This document shows positions 62,501-64,000 of a DNA stretch of 64,000 nt, piece after piece. The stretch is from NCBI GenBank assembly GCA_002633005.1, contig NMRA01000077.1, positions 558,001 through 622,000 of the forward strand, given 5' to 3'. The translations under genes and the position numbers were made by a program. This DNA comes from Phoronis australis (taxonomy: Eukaryota > Animalia > Phoronida). Under the pieces are notes generated by a model, which did no database searches, was not told the DNA's origin, and saw only the letters and a program-made list of their open reading frames with translations. Every line of letters starts with the position of its first letter. Within the stretch, counting starts at the first letter, position 1.

Positions 62501-64000
62501 TACATGGGTAACATCAGGAAGAGGTAACATTAAACAATCTTCATGTTCACTTTCTTGTGTTTACCTGGAAGCTTCAGTGGTTTATTGTCTTAGGTCTAGA
62601 CATTGTTAAGCAACTAAATCTAGTTGGAGTTGACTATTGAATAAACAAAAATACAGATATAGTTCCTGTGGCTTGACTTAGTCACAAAAAGGTAATAATT
62701 ATTCAGTAACAAGTATACTACTTATTGACATTGGCTTCACATTTGAGGTTTAAGATATATTGTTTTGTTTCACATTGGATTTATGTGGCATCTTTGACCC
62801 TGTGCAGATTGGTCTAGTGCCTTGATGCAGTGCAAGTGCCTCTGTCAATTGAAGTTGAATATAGAAATACAATGCATGCCTAGTCATCATGCTGGTTAGA
62901 GTTAGGGAATGTTGCGCCCAGTATCCTCTTGTTTCTTATCAACTAGTGTGTATGTGCAGGCCACTGCCAAGACGAAATTGATCGTGTTTTGCACTTGCGC
63001 AATATCAAAGGGGTAATATTCGTGTTAATTCTGTTTTCAAAGACGCCATGTAAATGTGAGCTGACCGATCACCTTGCCCGATATCAGCTCGTTCTGTGTC
63101 AAAAGATGTGTAAATATTGTATTAGATTATGATCACAAGATAAAACCCACGTATTCTGTGAGAACGTTTGATTAGTCTTTTCAAGGTATCTTCTCTATGA
63201 TCATCAACTGGTAACATGAACATGAGGCATTCTTTACTTGTCATTAATTTTAATTGCTTGTAAAGTTATATGTTAACATCTATGAAGTCTATACAGACAT
63301 CACAGGATCAAAGAGTAGCCTGGTAATCGCAGTACATTTGTGTCATGAAGTAGTCTGGTAATCGCAGTACTTCTGTGTCATGAAGAGATAAATATGTCAT
63401 TTTTTCATCAATTTAACTTCTTTGTTTGAGGAGCTGCTGGAAAACATGACCAATATTCCCAGAAGAGTTCGTCCTAATTATTCTTATCTCAGGCATGGCT
63501 GAAGATGGCTGGTTCTAGCAGACTATTGCCATGGCAATTGAAATGTGTTGAGGAAATAAAGAATTTGGAGCAAAATTAGGAAAACTCATTTTATCTGAAT
63601 TGTGCATATTCTTCACTTTGATATTATTGATAGATTTTAGTTTGTCAAATTCAAGTTTAATTAACTAAATTGACTTTATTTCTCATAAAATGATACATTG
63701 GAATTTTTTTGACGATTGCTTGTTTACCAAAAGAGCAAATTGTACCGTATAATCCTGATGATATTGTACAACCATGACCGTACCATACGTTACTAATAGT
63801 ACCATGCAACCATGGTAGTACTGTGCAATCGTGGTAGTAGTGTGCAACCATGGTAGTACCATGAATCGGTGGTAGTACCATTCAACAGTGGTTACAAAGC
63901 ACCGTACAATTGTGATAGTACGGAGTTGTGATAGATCTAGGTTATTAAACCCATGCTCACCTCCAAAATTTCCAAATTTCCAGTTCCTAAAGCCTGTGCT

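Larger units (their letters stand above)
18217..64000 (+). other. ERG intron 1 (more than 45 kb, 3' end outside the window)
   Basis: Starts gtgagt. No phase-1 exon encoding the expected (N/S)RKF(I/V)IANA... PAS sequence was found by eye. The region is repeat-dense. Confidence 0.75.

Overview
This is eukaryotic, AT-rich metazoan genomic DNA, most likely from an invertebrate deuterostome such as an echinoderm (inferred from repeat style and protein similarity, not proven). Two protein-coding genes are supported, both on the + strand. (1) The last five coding exons and 3' UTR of DNA polymerase lambda (POLL, X family) lie at 1176-8789, with the catalytic motifs intact. (2) The first coding exon of an ERG-type voltage-gated K+ channel (KCNH2/6/7 family, [25 protein letters not shown]) lies at 18141-18216. 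It is followed by an intron of more than 45 kb that runs off the window; I found no exon 2. The rest is non-coding and dense with non-autonomous transposons (Helentron-type HINEs, Harbinger-, hAT- and Tc1/mariner-like MITEs, RTE/SINE and Penelope-like remnants) and minisatellites. There is one 564-N assembly gap. Almost all entries in the ORF track are spurious. The best candidate for something new is a HINE family whose ~148-bp core repeats each carry a CTCF-consensus-like motif, with copies in convergent orientation inside the ERG intron. Other leads are an inverted Penelope-like, hammerhead-core hairpin in the POLL 3' UTR and two overlapping uORFs abutting the ERG start codon. All family assignments come from recalled consensus features; no database search was run.
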